Source: Tannerella sp.
Lineage (GTDB): Bacteria > Bacteroidota > Bacteroidia > Bacteroidales > Tannerellaceae
NCBI GenBank assembly: GCA_031260575.1
Contig: JAIRJR010000266.1
Coordinates: 1-41,300 of the forward strand
Reading direction: 5' to 3'
Length of the DNA stretch: 41,300 nt
Positions within the stretch are counted from its first letter, which is position 1; each line of letters opens with the position of its first letter. Below the pieces are notes generated by a model. That model had not been told where the DNA came from. It worked only from the letters and a program-made list of their open reading frames with translations, and made no database searches. Shown here one piece after another: positions 20,269 through 31,036 of the stretch. Position numbers and translations under genes: made by a program.

Positions 20269-22299
20269 TTATTTCAAATCGGGATAATTAATCCTTGTAT
20301 GATACATGGTCTTAAGTTTGTCAATAAATGATGCTTTGATCATTCCGATATCGTTGAAAGTGAGCGGTGTGTTTTGTAAAAGTCCAAGAGAAATCTGCCT
20401 GTCGATGATCCTGTTGACTAAGTCCTTGATGGTCTCGTCAGTATATTCTGCTAAACTTCGTGATGTCGCTTCGACGGCATCGGCTAACATTAAAATCGCA
20501 GTCTCTTTCGAAAAAGGGTTCGGTCCGGGATAGGTAAACGCCTCTTCATGAATCGGTTGATCCGGAAAGGCATTCTTAAACGAATTATAAAAATACAATG
20601 CTTTTCCGGTTCCGTGATGTGTACGGATAAAGTCGATAATTGCTTGGGGGATGGAAGCCTTTTCGGCTAATTTTATGCCTTCACTGACGTGGTTTGTAAT
20701 GATTTGTGCGCTTTCTTCAAAGGTTAATTTATCATGCGGGTTGATTGTGCCTTTTTGGTTTTCGGTGAAGAAAGCCGGGTTTGACAATTTGCCAATGTCG
20801 TGGTATAAAGCTCCCGTACGAATCAGTTGGGTATTGGCGCCTACCTGAGCGCCGGCTTCAAAGGCAAGCGTCGAAACCTGCATGGAGTGTTGAAAAGTTC
20901 CCGGACATGTCTCCGACAGTTTTTTCAAAAGAGGGGCATTGATATTCGAAAGTTCGACTAATGTGATGGTAGAAATAAACCCAAATGTCTTTTCGAAGAT
21001 ATAAATTAATATATACGAGAACATTAGCAATATAAAATTAATGCCAAAATAGATCATGACCGTCCAATTGATTTTATTCATATCGCCTTCCTGATACAAA
21101 GCAAGGCTTAAATAAATCAGCGCATACGAAAGAAAAACAAAGAATGCACACCGTATCAACTGCGACCGTTGCGAAAGTTCCTTTAACGTGAAAATGACGA
21201 TAATGCCCGAGATGATTTGCATGATCAAAAACTCATGTGGGAAAGGCGTTACCAATGAAGAAAGTAAAATCGCAATCAGATGTGTAAACAAGGCTGTATG
21301 GGAATCAAAAAAAGTACGTACAACAATCGGCAAGATGGCAAACGGAATGATGTAAATGCTGAAATTGTATTTTGCCGACATCTCGGCGAGAATGCAAAAA
21401 ACAATGATACATAATAAAATAAAAATAATATTGCGTCTCCTGTAAAAAACATCCGGGCGAAAGGTTGCCAAATAAAATGCACAGCAAAACAGGATGCCGA
21501 TAATCAATATCAATTGTCCCAGCCGGATAATTCCCTGGCGTTGGCTGCCGCCCGATCTGGCTTCGTGTACGACTTTCAGCGAACGGAGCATGCCAAATGT
21601 TCTTCCGTCGATCACTTCCCCACGATCGATAATTCGTTCGCCGGCTTGCACCATACCTTTCGAAAGCGAAACATTTTGCAACAGTTCATTCAGCATTTTT
21701 TGAGAAATATTCTCGTCGTAAGAGATGTTTTCAGCCAAGTAATTATTTAAATTGCACGAAGTTAAGTTCGTTTTATCGAGATTTCCGGGCGCTTCGTTGA
21801 GCATTGCTTCGTAAGCAGATTTTACGGTATATAACTCCTTGATTTGTTTAATCTCGGATAAGCTGTTGATTACCGTATAAATACGACCGGGCTTCTCCTT
21901 TGTCAGGAGATCGAGTTCGATGGTGGTGAGTATGCCCTTGTCAAAAAATTTCACCAATTGGCTTTCGATATAAAACAGATAGTTCTGATTCACCTGACGG
22001 GGAAAAAGATGTGCCTGAAAGTCAGACCGGAGCTTTTCAAGTTGAGTCCTTTTCACCTCCGGATTCATCTGATAATAAGGAATGAAATTTTGTATCACAC
22101 TGTCCTTTTCAGCTTTCACCTCTTCTTCGGTTTTATAGATCGGGAAATCGCCGGGCGCTGTTAGCAGATCGTACTGCCAGGGTTTGCCTTCAAAAAACTG
22201 ATACCTGAATTTCACTTCCCGAGGAAAGAAATAAGCAATCAGAATTGCCGTAAAGACAAAATAAATAATTGGTTGAATAATTGTATTTCTCGACTTCAT
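20269..22299 (-). CDS. 7TM-HD (HDIG) phosphohydrolase, PgpH-like c-di-AMP phosphodiesterase; ATG at 22299 preferred over the track start at 22353
   Basis: N-terminal TM plus extracytoplasmic domain, ~7 TM helices, PGTFQHS, YHDIGK, HHGT, YPGPNP and LADAVEA. Confidence 0.9.
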   Translation of the reverse strand: MKSRNTIIQPIIYFVFTAILIAYFFPREVKFRYQFFEGKPWQYDLLTAPGDFPIYKTEEEVKAEKDSVIQNFIPYYQMNPEVKRTQLEKLRSDFQAHLFPRQVNQNYLFYIESQLVKFFDKGILTTIELDLLTKEKPGRIYTVINSLSEIKQIKELYTVKSAYEAMLNEAPGNLDKTNLTSCNLNNYLAENISYDENISQKMLNELLQNVSLSKGMVQAGERIIDRGEVIDGRTFGMLRSLKVVHEARSGGSQRQGIIRLGQLILIIGILFCCAFYLATFRPDVFYRRRNIIFILLCIIVFCILAEMSAKYNFSIYIIPFAILPIVVRTFFDSHTALFTHLIAILLSSLVTPFPHEFLIMQIISGIIVIFTLKELSQRSQLIRCAFFVFLSYALIYLSLALYQEGDMNKINWTVMIYFGINFILLMFSYILIYIFEKTFGFISTITLVELSNINAPLLKKLSETCPGTFQHSMQVSTLAFEAGAQVGANTQLIRTGALYHDIGKLSNPAFFTENQKGTINPHDKLTFEESAQIITNHVSEGIKLAEKASIPQAIIDFIRTHHGTGKALYFYNSFKNAFPDQPIHEEAFTYPGPNPFSKETAILMLADAVEATSRSLAEYTDETIKDLVNRIIDRQISLGLLQNTPLTFNDIGMIKASFIDKLKTMYHTRINYPDLK

Positions 22300-22363
22300 A
22301 CGATGATCATTTCTTTTAAGGGCGAAATGTACGCAAAAAATATAAAGATGCAAAAAAAAGCAT

Positions 22364-22371
22364 TACTTTTG
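22364..22371 (+). promoter_or_regulatory. Sigma-A -7 box (TACTTTTG) for gltX-waaA
   Basis: TAnnTTTG 20 bp upstream of the gltX ATG. Confidence 0.65.
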
Positions 22372-22391
22372 CGTGATAATTCTTTCATATT

Positions 22392-23897
22392 ATGGTAAGA
22401 GTACGTTTTGCACCCAGCCCGACCGGGCCATTACACATAGGCGGCGTCCGGACGGCATTGTATAATTATTTATTTGCCAAACAACAAGGCGGCCAACTGA
22501 TTCTGCGCATTGAAGATACCGATTCGCAACGCTTTGTTCCCGGATCCGAAGCCTATATCATTGAATCATTCCGATGGTTGGGCATCCCTTTCGACGAAGG
22601 TGTCGGGTTGGGCGGAGAACATGTCCCTTATCGCCAAAGTGAACGGAAGGAGATATATAAAATACATGTCGACAGGTTATTGGATTCCGGTTTGGCATAT
22701 ATCGCTTTGGATACTCCCGAAGAATTGGAGGCTAAACGCAATGTGATACCCAATTTTCAATACGATGCCTCCACACGGATGCAAATGCGTAATTCACTAT
22801 CTCTTCCTGCGCATGAAGTCAGGTCGTTGATAGATGACGGTCATCGCTATGTCGTACGTTTGAAGATTGAGCCGCATGAAGACATTGTCGTTCATGATTT
22901 GATTCGCGGCGAGGTGGTGATCAACTCTTCCATATTAGACGACAAGGTTTTGTATAAATCGGCGGATCAATTGCCGACCTATCATCTTGCCAATGTGGTT
23001 GATGATCATTTGATGAAGGTGACTCATGTCATCCGCGGCGAGGAATGGTTGCCGAGTGCGCCGTTGCATGTGTTATTGTACCGCAGTTTGGGATGGATTG
23101 ACTCCATGCCTGCTTTTGCCCATCTTCCATTGTTATTAAAACCCGAAGGGGGCGGAAAATTAAGTAAACGCGATGGCGACCGTCTGGGATTTCCTGTTTT
23201 TCCCTTGGAATGGCGCGACCCGAAAAGTGGTGATATTTCTACCGGATACCGCGAAAGCGGCTATTTACCGGAGGCGGTAGTCAATTTTCTCGCTTTATTG
23301 GGTTGGAATCCGGGCGATAACCGCGAATTGATGTCGATGCAGGAGTTGATTGACGGTTTCGATCTGAATCATTGCAGTAAAAGTGGTGCAAAGTTTGATT
23401 TTGAGAAAGGGAAATGGTTTAATCATCAATATATTCAGAAGTGCGACAACCGCGATATCGCCTCACAGTTCATGCCCGTTTTGGAGAGCCACGGTGTAAA
23501 TGTTGATCTTGAATTTGTGGAAAAGATTGTCGGTATGATGAAAGAACGTGTGAATCTAATCCCCGATCTTTGGGGGCAAACGTATTATTTCTTTGTCGCT
23601 CCGGCAGAATATGATGAAAAAACACGCGCGAAACGATGGAAAGAAGATAGCGCATTGCATCTGTCCGGATTGATTGAGATTCTTCGCGAACGCGAACCGT
23701 TCGATGTGGAAGGCACTGAAGAATATGTGAAAGCATGGATCAGTCAAAAAGGATACCATCTGGGTCATATCATGAATGCAGTCCGTCTGGCTTTGGTTGG
23801 CGAAGGAATTGGCCCTCAGATATTTCAAATCACAGAAGCCATTGGAAAAGAAGAAACAATCCGGAGAATCAGGCGGGCAATAGATGTACTTGGTTAA
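22392..23897 (+). CDS. gltX: Glutamate--tRNA ligase
   Basis: [16 protein letters not shown] (HIGH motif), LRIEDTD, VIRGEEW and KLSKR (KMSKS motif). Confidence 0.98.
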   Translation: MVRVRFAPSPTGPLHIGGVRTALYNYLFAKQQGGQLILRIEDTDSQRFVPGSEAYIIESFRWLGIPFDEGVGLGGEHVPYRQSERKEIYKIHVDRLLDSGLAYIALDTPEELEAKRNVIPNFQYDASTRMQMRNSLSLPAHEVRSLIDDGHRYVVRLKIEPHEDIVVHDLIRGEVVINSSILDDKVLYKSADQLPTYHLANVVDDHLMKVTHVIRGEEWLPSAPLHVLLYRSLGWIDSMPAFAHLPLLLKPEGGGKLSKRDGDRLGFPVFPLEWRDPKSGDISTGYRESGYLPEAVVNFLALLGWNPGDNRELMSMQELIDGFDLNHCSKSGAKFDFEKGKWFNHQYIQKCDNRDIASQFMPVLESHGVNVDLEFVEKIVGMMKERVNLIPDLWGQTYYFFVAPAEYDEKTRAKRWKEDSALHLSGLIEILREREPFDVEGTEEYVKAWISQKGYHLGHIMNAVRLALVGEGIGPQIFQITEAIGKEETIRRIRRAIDVLG

Positions 23898-23899
23898 CG

Positions 23900-25132
23900 A
23901 TGAGAGTATTTTACACGGTTGCATTGCATTTGTACGCACTTTTTATTGAAATTGCGTCTTTTTTCAATACAAAAGCGCGTATTACCCGTATTGGCCAATG
24001 GCGTACTAATGGTATTTTACGCGATCAAATAGACCGTCAAGCGAAATATATCTGGTTTCATACTGCTTCGTTAGGCGAATTTGAACAGGGACGCCCCCTG
24101 ATAGAAGCAATTCGGGAGAGATACCCCCATTATAAAATACTCCTCACCTTTTTTTCACCCTCCGGGTATAAAGTTCGCAAAGATTATAAAGGAGCGGATG
24201 TGATCTGCTATCTTCCCTTTGACACCCTTTACAAAGTACGGAAATTTCTTCATCTGGTCAATCCTTCGATGGCTGTTTTTGTCAAAAATGAGTTCTGGTA
24301 TAATTACTTAGCTGAATTGAACCGCCGCAATATTCCGACTTATCTTGTTTCCGGAATTTTTCGCCCGGGTCAACTCTTTTTCAGGGATTATGGGATGTGG
24401 TATAGACGGGCGTTGAGGTGTTTTAGCCGTTTGTTTGTGCAGGATGATGCATCAGCCCGCTTATTAGCCGAATGTGGGATAACCCATGTGAGTGTTTGCG
24501 GAGATACCCGGTTTGATCGCGTCTTAGAGATTCAACGTCAGGCACTTCCAATTCCGCTGGTAGAACAGTTTATTGGCAAAGGCCGGCAACAAGTCCTTGT
24601 TGCAGGTAGTTCCTGGCCACAGGATGAAGATATTATTCTTCCTTATTTTAACGAAAATCCTGATTTGAAACTAATTATTGCCCCGCATGAGATTCATCGC
24701 GAGCATTTGATACATATCGAATCCAAATTGAAACGTCCCTCCATCCGTTTATCGGAAGCAAACGAACAAACCATTATCGGTAAGGATTGCCTGATCATTG
24801 ACAGTTTCGGGTTGCTTTCGTCTATCTACCGTTACGCACAAATCGCTTATATCGGAGGCGGATTCGGCAAAGGTATACATAATACCTTGGAAGCAGCTGT
24901 ATATAGCATTCCCGTTTTATTCGGACCAAACTATCAAAAATTCAGAGAGGCAAGAGAATTGATATCAATAGGCGGCGGTTTTTCCATAACCCATCAAGAT
25001 GAATTCAAGTCACTGATCGACCAATTCATTTCAGATCAGGCATTGCGACAAAAGACAGGAAGTATTATAGCGGATTATGTAAGGCAGAATAGCGGTGTAA
25101 CGGAGAAAATCCTGAAAGAAATGGCGCTATAA
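23900..25132 (+). CDS. waaA: 3-deoxy-D-manno-octulosonic acid (Kdo) transferase; start reassigned to ATG 23900
   Basis: IWFHTASLGEFEQ, LTFFSPSG, YLPFD, GDTRFD and GGGFGKGIHNTLEAA; ATG 2 bp after the gltX stop. Confidence 0.93.
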   Translation: MRVFYTVALHLYALFIEIASFFNTKARITRIGQWRTNGILRDQIDRQAKYIWFHTASLGEFEQGRPLIEAIRERYPHYKILLTFFSPSGYKVRKDYKGADVICYLPFDTLYKVRKFLHLVNPSMAVFVKNEFWYNYLAELNRRNIPTYLVSGIFRPGQLFFRDYGMWYRRALRCFSRLFVQDDASARLLAECGITHVSVCGDTRFDRVLEIQRQALPIPLVEQFIGKGRQQVLVAGSSWPQDEDIILPYFNENPDLKLIIAPHEIHREHLIHIESKLKRPSIRLSEANEQTIIGKDCLIIDSFGLLSSIYRYAQIAYIGGGFGKGIHNTLEAAVYSIPVLFGPNYQKFREARELISIGGGFSITHQDEFKSLIDQFISDQALRQKTGSIIADYVRQNSGVTEKILKEMAL

Positions 25133-25262
25133 TTTCGTTACAGATTCAATGCCAACAGCGTTTCGCCATTGACATTCAACACGGTTAATGTCGTTTGTTT
25201 TCCTTGTTTCCGGAGTATCATATAGAGATCTGTCGCTCGGTATGAAAAGAGATAAGTATAGA

Positions 25263-25928
25263 TCATTGCACGATCAATTCTTTCAATTTCATCAGATTGA
25301 GAATTTTCCCGTTTTTCCCTTTCAGGGTGATTATTCCGTCGTGTACCATTTCGGAAAGGCTTCGGGAAAGTGACGGGCGTGCAACGCCGAAATAATCTGC
25401 TAAGGCTGTTTGGTTCATACCCAAAGTGAATTCAATTGTGTGGGTTCTTGTCAGTATGTATTGTGCCAATTTCCCTTTGATGGTTTTGATTGAAAGGAAT
25501 TTTAACCGTTCGGACAGGAAATGGGCGCGATTCGAATTGAAGGTCATAAAGCCCTGAAGGAATTTCTCATTACAGGCAAGTAGTTGTACGACTGATTCTT
25601 TCGTGATGAAAATGATTTCGCAAGATTCGAGTGCAACGACATCCACAGGAAAGGTATTGTTTTCGGCAAACAAAAACGCTGCCGCCAAAGGATTGGGCGC
25701 ATGAATGGTTTCGATACTCAAAACCGTTCCCGACTCGGATATCATTTCGGTCTTGACGCTTCCTTTGTTCAGGATGTATAAGGCGGTAACTGCTGCGCCT
25801 TGTTGCGCGATCCATTCTCCTTTGTTGAAAATCTTTGTGTTGTAATTCAACATATTAAGAAATGATTCCCGCTCTTTGACAGGAATGTTTCTGCAAATCG
25901 GGTTTAAAAACAGATTGTTAAAATCCAT
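25263..25928 (-). CDS. hcpR: Crp/Fnr family regulator, HcpR
   Basis: cNMP-binding-like N-domain, C-terminal HTH (NQTALADYFGVARPSLSRSL), divergent from hcp. Confidence 0.88.
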   Translation of the reverse strand: MDFNNLFLNPICRNIPVKERESFLNMLNYNTKIFNKGEWIAQQGAAVTALYILNKGSVKTEMISESGTVLSIETIHAPNPLAAAFLFAENNTFPVDVVALESCEIIFITKESVVQLLACNEKFLQGFMTFNSNRAHFLSERLKFLSIKTIKGKLAQYILTRTHTIEFTLGMNQTALADYFGVARPSLSRSLSEMVHDGIITLKGKNGKILNLMKLKELIVQ

Positions 25929-25973
25929 ACGCCATGGTTTGAGTCGTAAAAGTAATCAATTTATTTATATCAT

Positions 25974-25989
25974 TGTAACAAATGTTACA
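25974..25989. promoter_or_regulatory. HcpR-type binding site TGTAACA-AA-TGTTACA
   Basis: Perfect palindrome with a GTAAC-N4-GTTAC core between hcpR and hcp, 21 bp upstream of a -7 box. Confidence 0.8.
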
Positions 25990-26010
25990 TTCCTTTTGTT
26001 TGGATATTTC

Positions 26011-26018
26011 TATGTTTG
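26011..26018 (+). promoter_or_regulatory. Sigma-A -7 box (TATGTTTG) for hcp
   Basis: TAnnTTTG downstream of the HcpR box and upstream of hcp. Confidence 0.65.
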
Positions 26019-26077
26019 CAGAAATTTTCAACCGGATAGGTTTAAAAATAATGGTCTAATTTAAAAAAGTAAAAAAA

Positions 26078-27724
26078 ATGTTTTGTTATCAATGTCAAGA
26101 AACGGCTATGGGTAAAGGCTGTACAGTAAAAGGGGTTTGTGGAAAAACCGGCGATGTAGCGAATCTGCAGGATTTGCTGATTTACCTGATGAAAGGGATC
26201 TCGAAACTGACCGTTCGCTTGCGCGAAAAGGGCGGGGAAATGCCTGAAGTCAATGTTTTTATTATGGAGGGTCTTTTCATGACCATTACCAATGTCAATT
26301 TCGACAAACAGCGTTTTGTCAATAAAATTGAAGAAGCGTTTCGTATCCGCGAAAAAGTCAAAGACAGGCTGGTTGAAGTGGGTGAAACAGAATGGCCAAA
26401 CGATTGTAATTGCCTGTCATGGAAAGCCTCGACGCTCGAAGAAATGGAAGAGAAAGCGAAGCAGGTCGGTATTCTTTCTACACCGGACGAAGATGTCCGT
26501 TCGTTGCGCGAACTATTGACTTATGGCATCAAAGGATTGGCTGCCTACGCTGTTCACGCTGCGGAATTAGGATTTGAAGATGTTGAAATCTACGCATTTA
26601 TGCAAGAAGGATTGGTCGCCGCGAAAGATGATAGCCTGTCGGTCGACGAACTCACCGGTTGGGTACTCAAATGTGGAAGCCACGGCGTCAAAGTGATGGC
26701 TTTGTTGGACAAGGCCAATACATCGACCTATGGTCATCCACAAGTAACCGGCGTAAAAATCGGCGTACGGAATCATCCCGCCATATTAATCTCCGGACAC
26801 GACCTGCGCGACTTACAGGAATTATTGGAACAAACGGAAGGCACAGGCGTCGATGTGTATACACATGGAGAGATGCTTCCCGCACACTATTATCCCGGAT
26901 TAAAAAGATTCAGCCATCTGGCAGGAAATTATGGCAACGCATGGTGGCAACAAACAGAAGAATTTGAGACATTTAACGGCCCCATCCTCTTTACGACCAA
27001 CTGCCTTGTTCCTCCCCGTTCCAATGCAACCTATTCAGACAGGGTTTATACCACCGGTTCGACAGGGTTTGCCGGTTTTCCGCATATCGGAAACCGGATT
27101 AACAACGAGCCGAAAGATTTTTCCCGAATTATAGAACATGCCAAACGTTGCAAAGCCCCTGTCGCGATTGAAACCGGCGAAATAACAGGTGGATTTGCTC
27201 ATAATCAGGTATTTGCTGTTGCAGATAAAGTGGTGGATGCCGTCAAATCGGGCGCTATACGTAAGTTTTTCGTTATGGCAGGTTGCGACGGGCGGATGAA
27301 AAACAGAGCATACTACACCGAATTTGCGGAAAAACTACCCAAAGATACGGTTATCCTCACGGCAGGCTGTGCCAAGTATCGTTACAACAAATTGCCGTTG
27401 GGCGATATCGGCGGCATACCCCGTGTGTTGGACGCCGGACAATGCAACGATAGTTATTCATTGGTGGTCATCGCTTTAAAACTTAAAGAACTATTCCAAC
27501 TCAACGATATCAACGACCTGCCCATTGCTTATAATATCGGATGGTACGAACAAAAAGCGGTTATCGTTCTGTTGGCGCTTTTGTCGTTGGGTGTAAAAAA
27601 CATTCATTTGGGAACTACGCTTCCCGCTTTTTTATCGCCCAATGTTGTTAAATTATTGGTTGAAAATTTTGGAATTGCTGGGATTGATACGGTGGATGAA
27701 GATTTGAAATTGTTTTTAGCATAA
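26078..27724 (+). CDS. hcp: Hybrid cluster protein (hydroxylamine/NO reductase)
   Basis: MFCYQCQET...C..KGVCGK (CX2CX8CX5C), [28 protein letters not shown] and WYEQKAV. Confidence 0.98.
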   Translation: MFCYQCQETAMGKGCTVKGVCGKTGDVANLQDLLIYLMKGISKLTVRLREKGGEMPEVNVFIMEGLFMTITNVNFDKQRFVNKIEEAFRIREKVKDRLVEVGETEWPNDCNCLSWKASTLEEMEEKAKQVGILSTPDEDVRSLRELLTYGIKGLAAYAVHAAELGFEDVEIYAFMQEGLVAAKDDSLSVDELTGWVLKCGSHGVKVMALLDKANTSTYGHPQVTGVKIGVRNHPAILISGHDLRDLQELLEQTEGTGVDVYTHGEMLPAHYYPGLKRFSHLAGNYGNAWWQQTEEFETFNGPILFTTNCLVPPRSNATYSDRVYTTGSTGFAGFPHIGNRINNEPKDFSRIIEHAKRCKAPVAIETGEITGGFAHNQVFAVADKVVDAVKSGAIRKFFVMAGCDGRMKNRAYYTEFAEKLPKDTVILTAGCAKYRYNKLPLGDIGGIPRVLDAGQCNDSYSLVVIALKLKELFQLNDINDLPIAYNIGWYEQKAVIVLLALLSLGVKNIHLGTTLPAFLSPNVVKLLVENFGIAGIDTVDEDLKLFLA

Positions 27725-27836
27725 AAGGTATCCCATATGATTATATGAAATGATCAACTCCGTCTTTGTCCCAACCCGGATTGTCGGTTTTTGCCGGATT
27801 TGTCGAATATTTATTTTTCATTAACAAAAAAACATC

Positions 27837-27844
27837 TATATTTG
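27837..27844 (+). promoter_or_regulatory. Sigma-A -7 box (TATATTTG) for the ECF sigma gene
   Basis: TAnnTTTG ~75 bp upstream of the TTG start. Confidence 0.55.
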
Positions 27845-27918
27845 TATGCGATAACCATACTTACATGAGCAACTCAATCTCCTTTTTATTAACGGTAAAG
27901 ATATAAATAATCTTCATT

Positions 27919-28518
27919 TTGAGAACAAAAGGTATATTTTTTCCGAACGGTCAAGAAGGTTTTAAAAAGGTTTTTGAGACTTTTTATCCCCGGTTGCTTC
28001 GCTTTGCCAACGCGTATGTTGGCGACCGGTTTGAAGCGGAAAACATCCTGCAAGACGTTTTTCTGAAACTTTGGGAAAAATGGGAAGCGCTGCCACCCGA
28101 TATGAACTTGCAAGCCTATCTGCTGACCATGGTCAAAAATCAATGTATGGACTTCCTGCGTCATCGACAGGTAGTAGAACAAAACACGATCGGCTTGGAA
28201 ACGGCTCATTTTCACGAAGCGTCGTTCAACTACCATGCCATCAGCCGGTTCGATCCGGAACTAATGGATATTGAAGCGCTCGAACGGTTGGTCGAAAAAG
28301 CGATCGACAACCTGCCCGGACAATGCCGCAAGGTGTTTGAATACAGCCGTTATGACGGGTTGAAATACAAAGAAATAGCCGGCAGGATGGGGATTTCCGT
28401 GAAAACGGTCGAAACACATATCTCTCATGCGCTGAAAATACTTCGTGTCGCATTAAAAGATTTATTTTGGGTATGGTTTTTTTATTTGATTACAACAACA
28501 GGAATAATTGTAGCCTGA
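27919..28518 (+). CDS. ECF RNA polymerase sigma-70 factor (Bacteroides-expanded, FecI-like); TTG start
   Basis: Region 2 AENILQDVFLKLWE, region 4 LPGQCRKVF...GLKYKEIAGRMGISVKTVETHI, hydrophobic C-terminal tail. Confidence 0.93.
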   Translation: MRTKGIFFPNGQEGFKKVFETFYPRLLRFANAYVGDRFEAENILQDVFLKLWEKWEALPPDMNLQAYLLTMVKNQCMDFLRHRQVVEQNTIGLETAHFHEASFNYHAISRFDPELMDIEALERLVEKAIDNLPGQCRKVFEYSRYDGLKYKEIAGRMGISVKTVETHISHALKILRVALKDLFWVWFFYLITTTGIIVA

Positions 28519-28600
28519 ACGACTCAGGGTAAAATCAGGGTTATTCGTTTATAGAGTGTGTGGGCAATAAGACCACACAGTAATACAAATAGAATAACGA

Positions 28601-31018
28601 ATGAAAAAGATTTTTATGATTTTAGCGTGTGCGACAGTGATGCATCCGGTTTCTCTTTTAAAGGCGCAGCCTTCGGGAAACATACGGGGGACAGTTTTTG
28701 ATGTTGCTTCCGGGCAAACATTACCGGCTGTTACAATCACCGTACTTCAATCGAACCCCATGATCGGAACCATTTCTGATGCAAACGGACAATTCGATCT
28801 GAAAAACCTGCCTGTCGGGCGGTATGATATTCAATGTAGTTACATCGGATACGAACCGGCAGTGTTCAGGGAAATCAGGGTCACTTCGGGGAAAGAAGTT
28901 TTTATTGAAATCACCATGCGTGAGAATGTTCATGTATTGGGTGAAGTGACGGTACGTCCGACCGTGAACAAAGAGGCGCCATTGAATCCGATGGTATTGG
29001 CAAGCGCCCGTATGCTCAGTGTGGAGGAAGCGAGCCGTTACGCCGGCGCATTAGACGATCCGGCACGTTTGGTGACGGCTTTTGCAGGCGTATCGGGAGG
29101 GTTGAGCAATAACGGTATTTCGATACGCGGCAATTCGCCGATGTATCTGCAATGGCGTTTGGAAGGCATGGAAGCGGTCAATCCGACCCATTTTTCCGAT
29201 ATAACCGGTGTGGGAGGAGGGATTATCTCTGCGTTAAGCTCGCATGTACTGGGTAATTCCGACTTTTTCACAGGCGCCTTTCCGGCAGAATACGGCAATG
29301 CGCTTTCGGGTGTGTTCGATATGCAACTGCGCAACGGCAACAACCAACAGTACGAACATGCAGTACAAACCGGTGCGTTGGGACTCGAATTTACGTCCGA
29401 AGGTCCGTTAAAAAAGGGTAAACCTGCATCGTACCTGATTAATTACCGGTATTCGACATTGGCGTTGATGAGCGATTTATTTCCCGGTTTGGTTGGAGAT
29501 GCAGCCGGCATGCGTTATCAGGACTTGACATTCAAATTTAATTTTCCGACAAAAAAAGCAGGTACGTTCTCGCTTTGGGGAATATGGATTAAAGACCATT
29601 ATATAGCTCATATTTCTAAAGACACAACCACATGGGATGGTTATGATCAGCATGACGGGTTTGGAGATTTGAAGGTGGAACTCGTTGGAACGAATGCCGA
29701 TTTTTGGCAAACGAAAGCCGTTGGCGGCATAGGACACCGGGTTTTCCTCAACGAAAAAACTTACCTGAAAAGCGCTATTGTAGCCAATTATACCCAAAAT
29801 AAAACGACAGGGGAATTTGTTTTTCCGCGACATGAATGGGATAAAGTTTCTGCCATCGACATGAAAAACACAAATTGGAACGTGGCATTCAACACTTACC
29901 TGAACACGAAATTCAGTGCTTCACATACGAACCGGACAGGAATCAATGTCACCGGGTTATTTTTTAAGATGGATTATTGGTTGTATCCGGATCTTTACGA
30001 CAACCCGGATTATCCCCCACAAGGTCAAATGGTTAATTTCACGAACGACAAAGGCAATTCGATGGCGTTTTCGGCCTACTCCCAATCGACAATCCGGTTG
30101 AATAACAACTTAACGGCGAATATGGGTTTACATGCTACCTATTTCCATCTCAATGAAAAAACATCCATCGACCCGCGCGCCGGCATCCGCTGGCAAGCGC
30201 TTCCGAAACATGCTTTCTCACTTTCGTACGGCAAACACAGCCGGCGCGAAAATACGGATTACTATTTCATCAAAACACCCGGAACAGGCGACGAATTAGT
30301 CAACCGGAACTTGGATTTCGCCAAAGCACACCATTACGTTCTATCGTACGACTGGTCGATTTCCGAATATATCCGTGTGAAAGTGGAACCGTATTTCCAA
30401 AGCCTCTACGATATACCGGTGGAAAAAGACAGTCATCTGTCGTTGATCAACTATTTCGATTTTTTGCAGATGCTTCCCAAATTGGTCAATGACGGAAAAG
30501 GGGAAAATTACGGGATTGACGTTACCCTTGAGCGCTATCTGCACCGGGGTTATTACTACCTGTTGACCGGTACGCTGTTTGAATCGCGCTACAAGGACGG
30601 CAACGGCGATTGGCGGAATACACGCCTGAACCGCAACTACATCGTCAATGCGTTGGGTGGTAAAGAATGGAAGATGGGTAAACAAAAACAAAACATCCTG
30701 AATGCAAGCGTTCGGATGACGTTGCAGGGGGGTGAACGCTATATCCCTGTGGATGAAACGGCATCGAAAGCGGTCAGAAACCTTGTGTACGACAATATGC
30801 GAGCCTACGAATTACAGCGTCCACCCGAATTTTTGTGCCATTTTAATCTGGGCTACAAGATCAACCGCAACAAACTGTCGCACGAGTTTGCCCTGCAAAT
30901 CATGAATCTGTTTGGCAGCAAAGAATATTATGATACCTATAATTATGTCGAAGACCGGCCGGAATTGGTTTCGGGTACGGTGTTGTTGCCGAATATTTAT
31001 TATAAAATAGAATTTTAA
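28601..31018 (+). CDS. TonB-dependent receptor 1 (carboxypeptidase-regulatory-like N-domain, no STN)
   Basis: Signal peptide, IRGTVFD...LPVGRY...YIGYE, plug ISIRGNSP and FPAEYGNALSGV, C-terminal YKIEF. Confidence 0.9.
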   Translation: MKKIFMILACATVMHPVSLLKAQPSGNIRGTVFDVASGQTLPAVTITVLQSNPMIGTISDANGQFDLKNLPVGRYDIQCSYIGYEPAVFREIRVTSGKEVFIEITMRENVHVLGEVTVRPTVNKEAPLNPMVLASARMLSVEEASRYAGALDDPARLVTAFAGVSGGLSNNGISIRGNSPMYLQWRLEGMEAVNPTHFSDITGVGGGIISALSSHVLGNSDFFTGAFPAEYGNALSGVFDMQLRNGNNQQYEHAVQTGALGLEFTSEGPLKKGKPASYLINYRYSTLALMSDLFPGLVGDAAGMRYQDLTFKFNFPTKKAGTFSLWGIWIKDHYIAHISKDTTTWDGYDQHDGFGDLKVELVGTNADFWQTKAVGGIGHRVFLNEKTYLKSAIVANYTQNKTTGEFVFPRHEWDKVSAIDMKNTNWNVAFNTYLNTKFSASHTNRTGINVTGLFFKMDYWLYPDLYDNPDYPPQGQMVNFTNDKGNSMAFSAYSQSTIRLNNNLTANMGLHATYFHLNEKTSIDPRAGIRWQALPKHAFSLSYGKHSRRENTDYYFIKTPGTGDELVNRNLDFAKAHHYVLSYDWSISEYIRVKVEPYFQSLYDIPVEKDSHLSLINYFDFLQMLPKLVNDGKGENYGIDVTLERYLHRGYYYLLTGTLFESRYKDGNGDWRNTRLNRNYIVNALGGKEWKMGKQKQNILNASVRMTLQGGERYIPVDETASKAVRNLVYDNMRAYELQRPPEFLCHFNLGYKINRNKLSHEFALQIMNLFGSKEYYDTYNYVEDRPELVSGTVLLPNIYYKIEF

Positions 31019-31036
31019 GTCAAACAATGCATCATT

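Noticed and set aside
22300-22353. Track's TTG-start extension of the 7TM-HD gene
   Set aside because: Runs into the divergent promoter region; ATG 22299 gives a normal N-terminal TM start
23735-23899. N-terminal extension of waaA overlapping gltX
   Set aside because: Lies inside gltX in another frame; family-like sequence begins at ATG 23900
25171-25202. GACATT...AATGTC hairpin with T-rich tail as a waaA terminator
   Set aside because: Short AT-rich stem with a bulge; too weak to call
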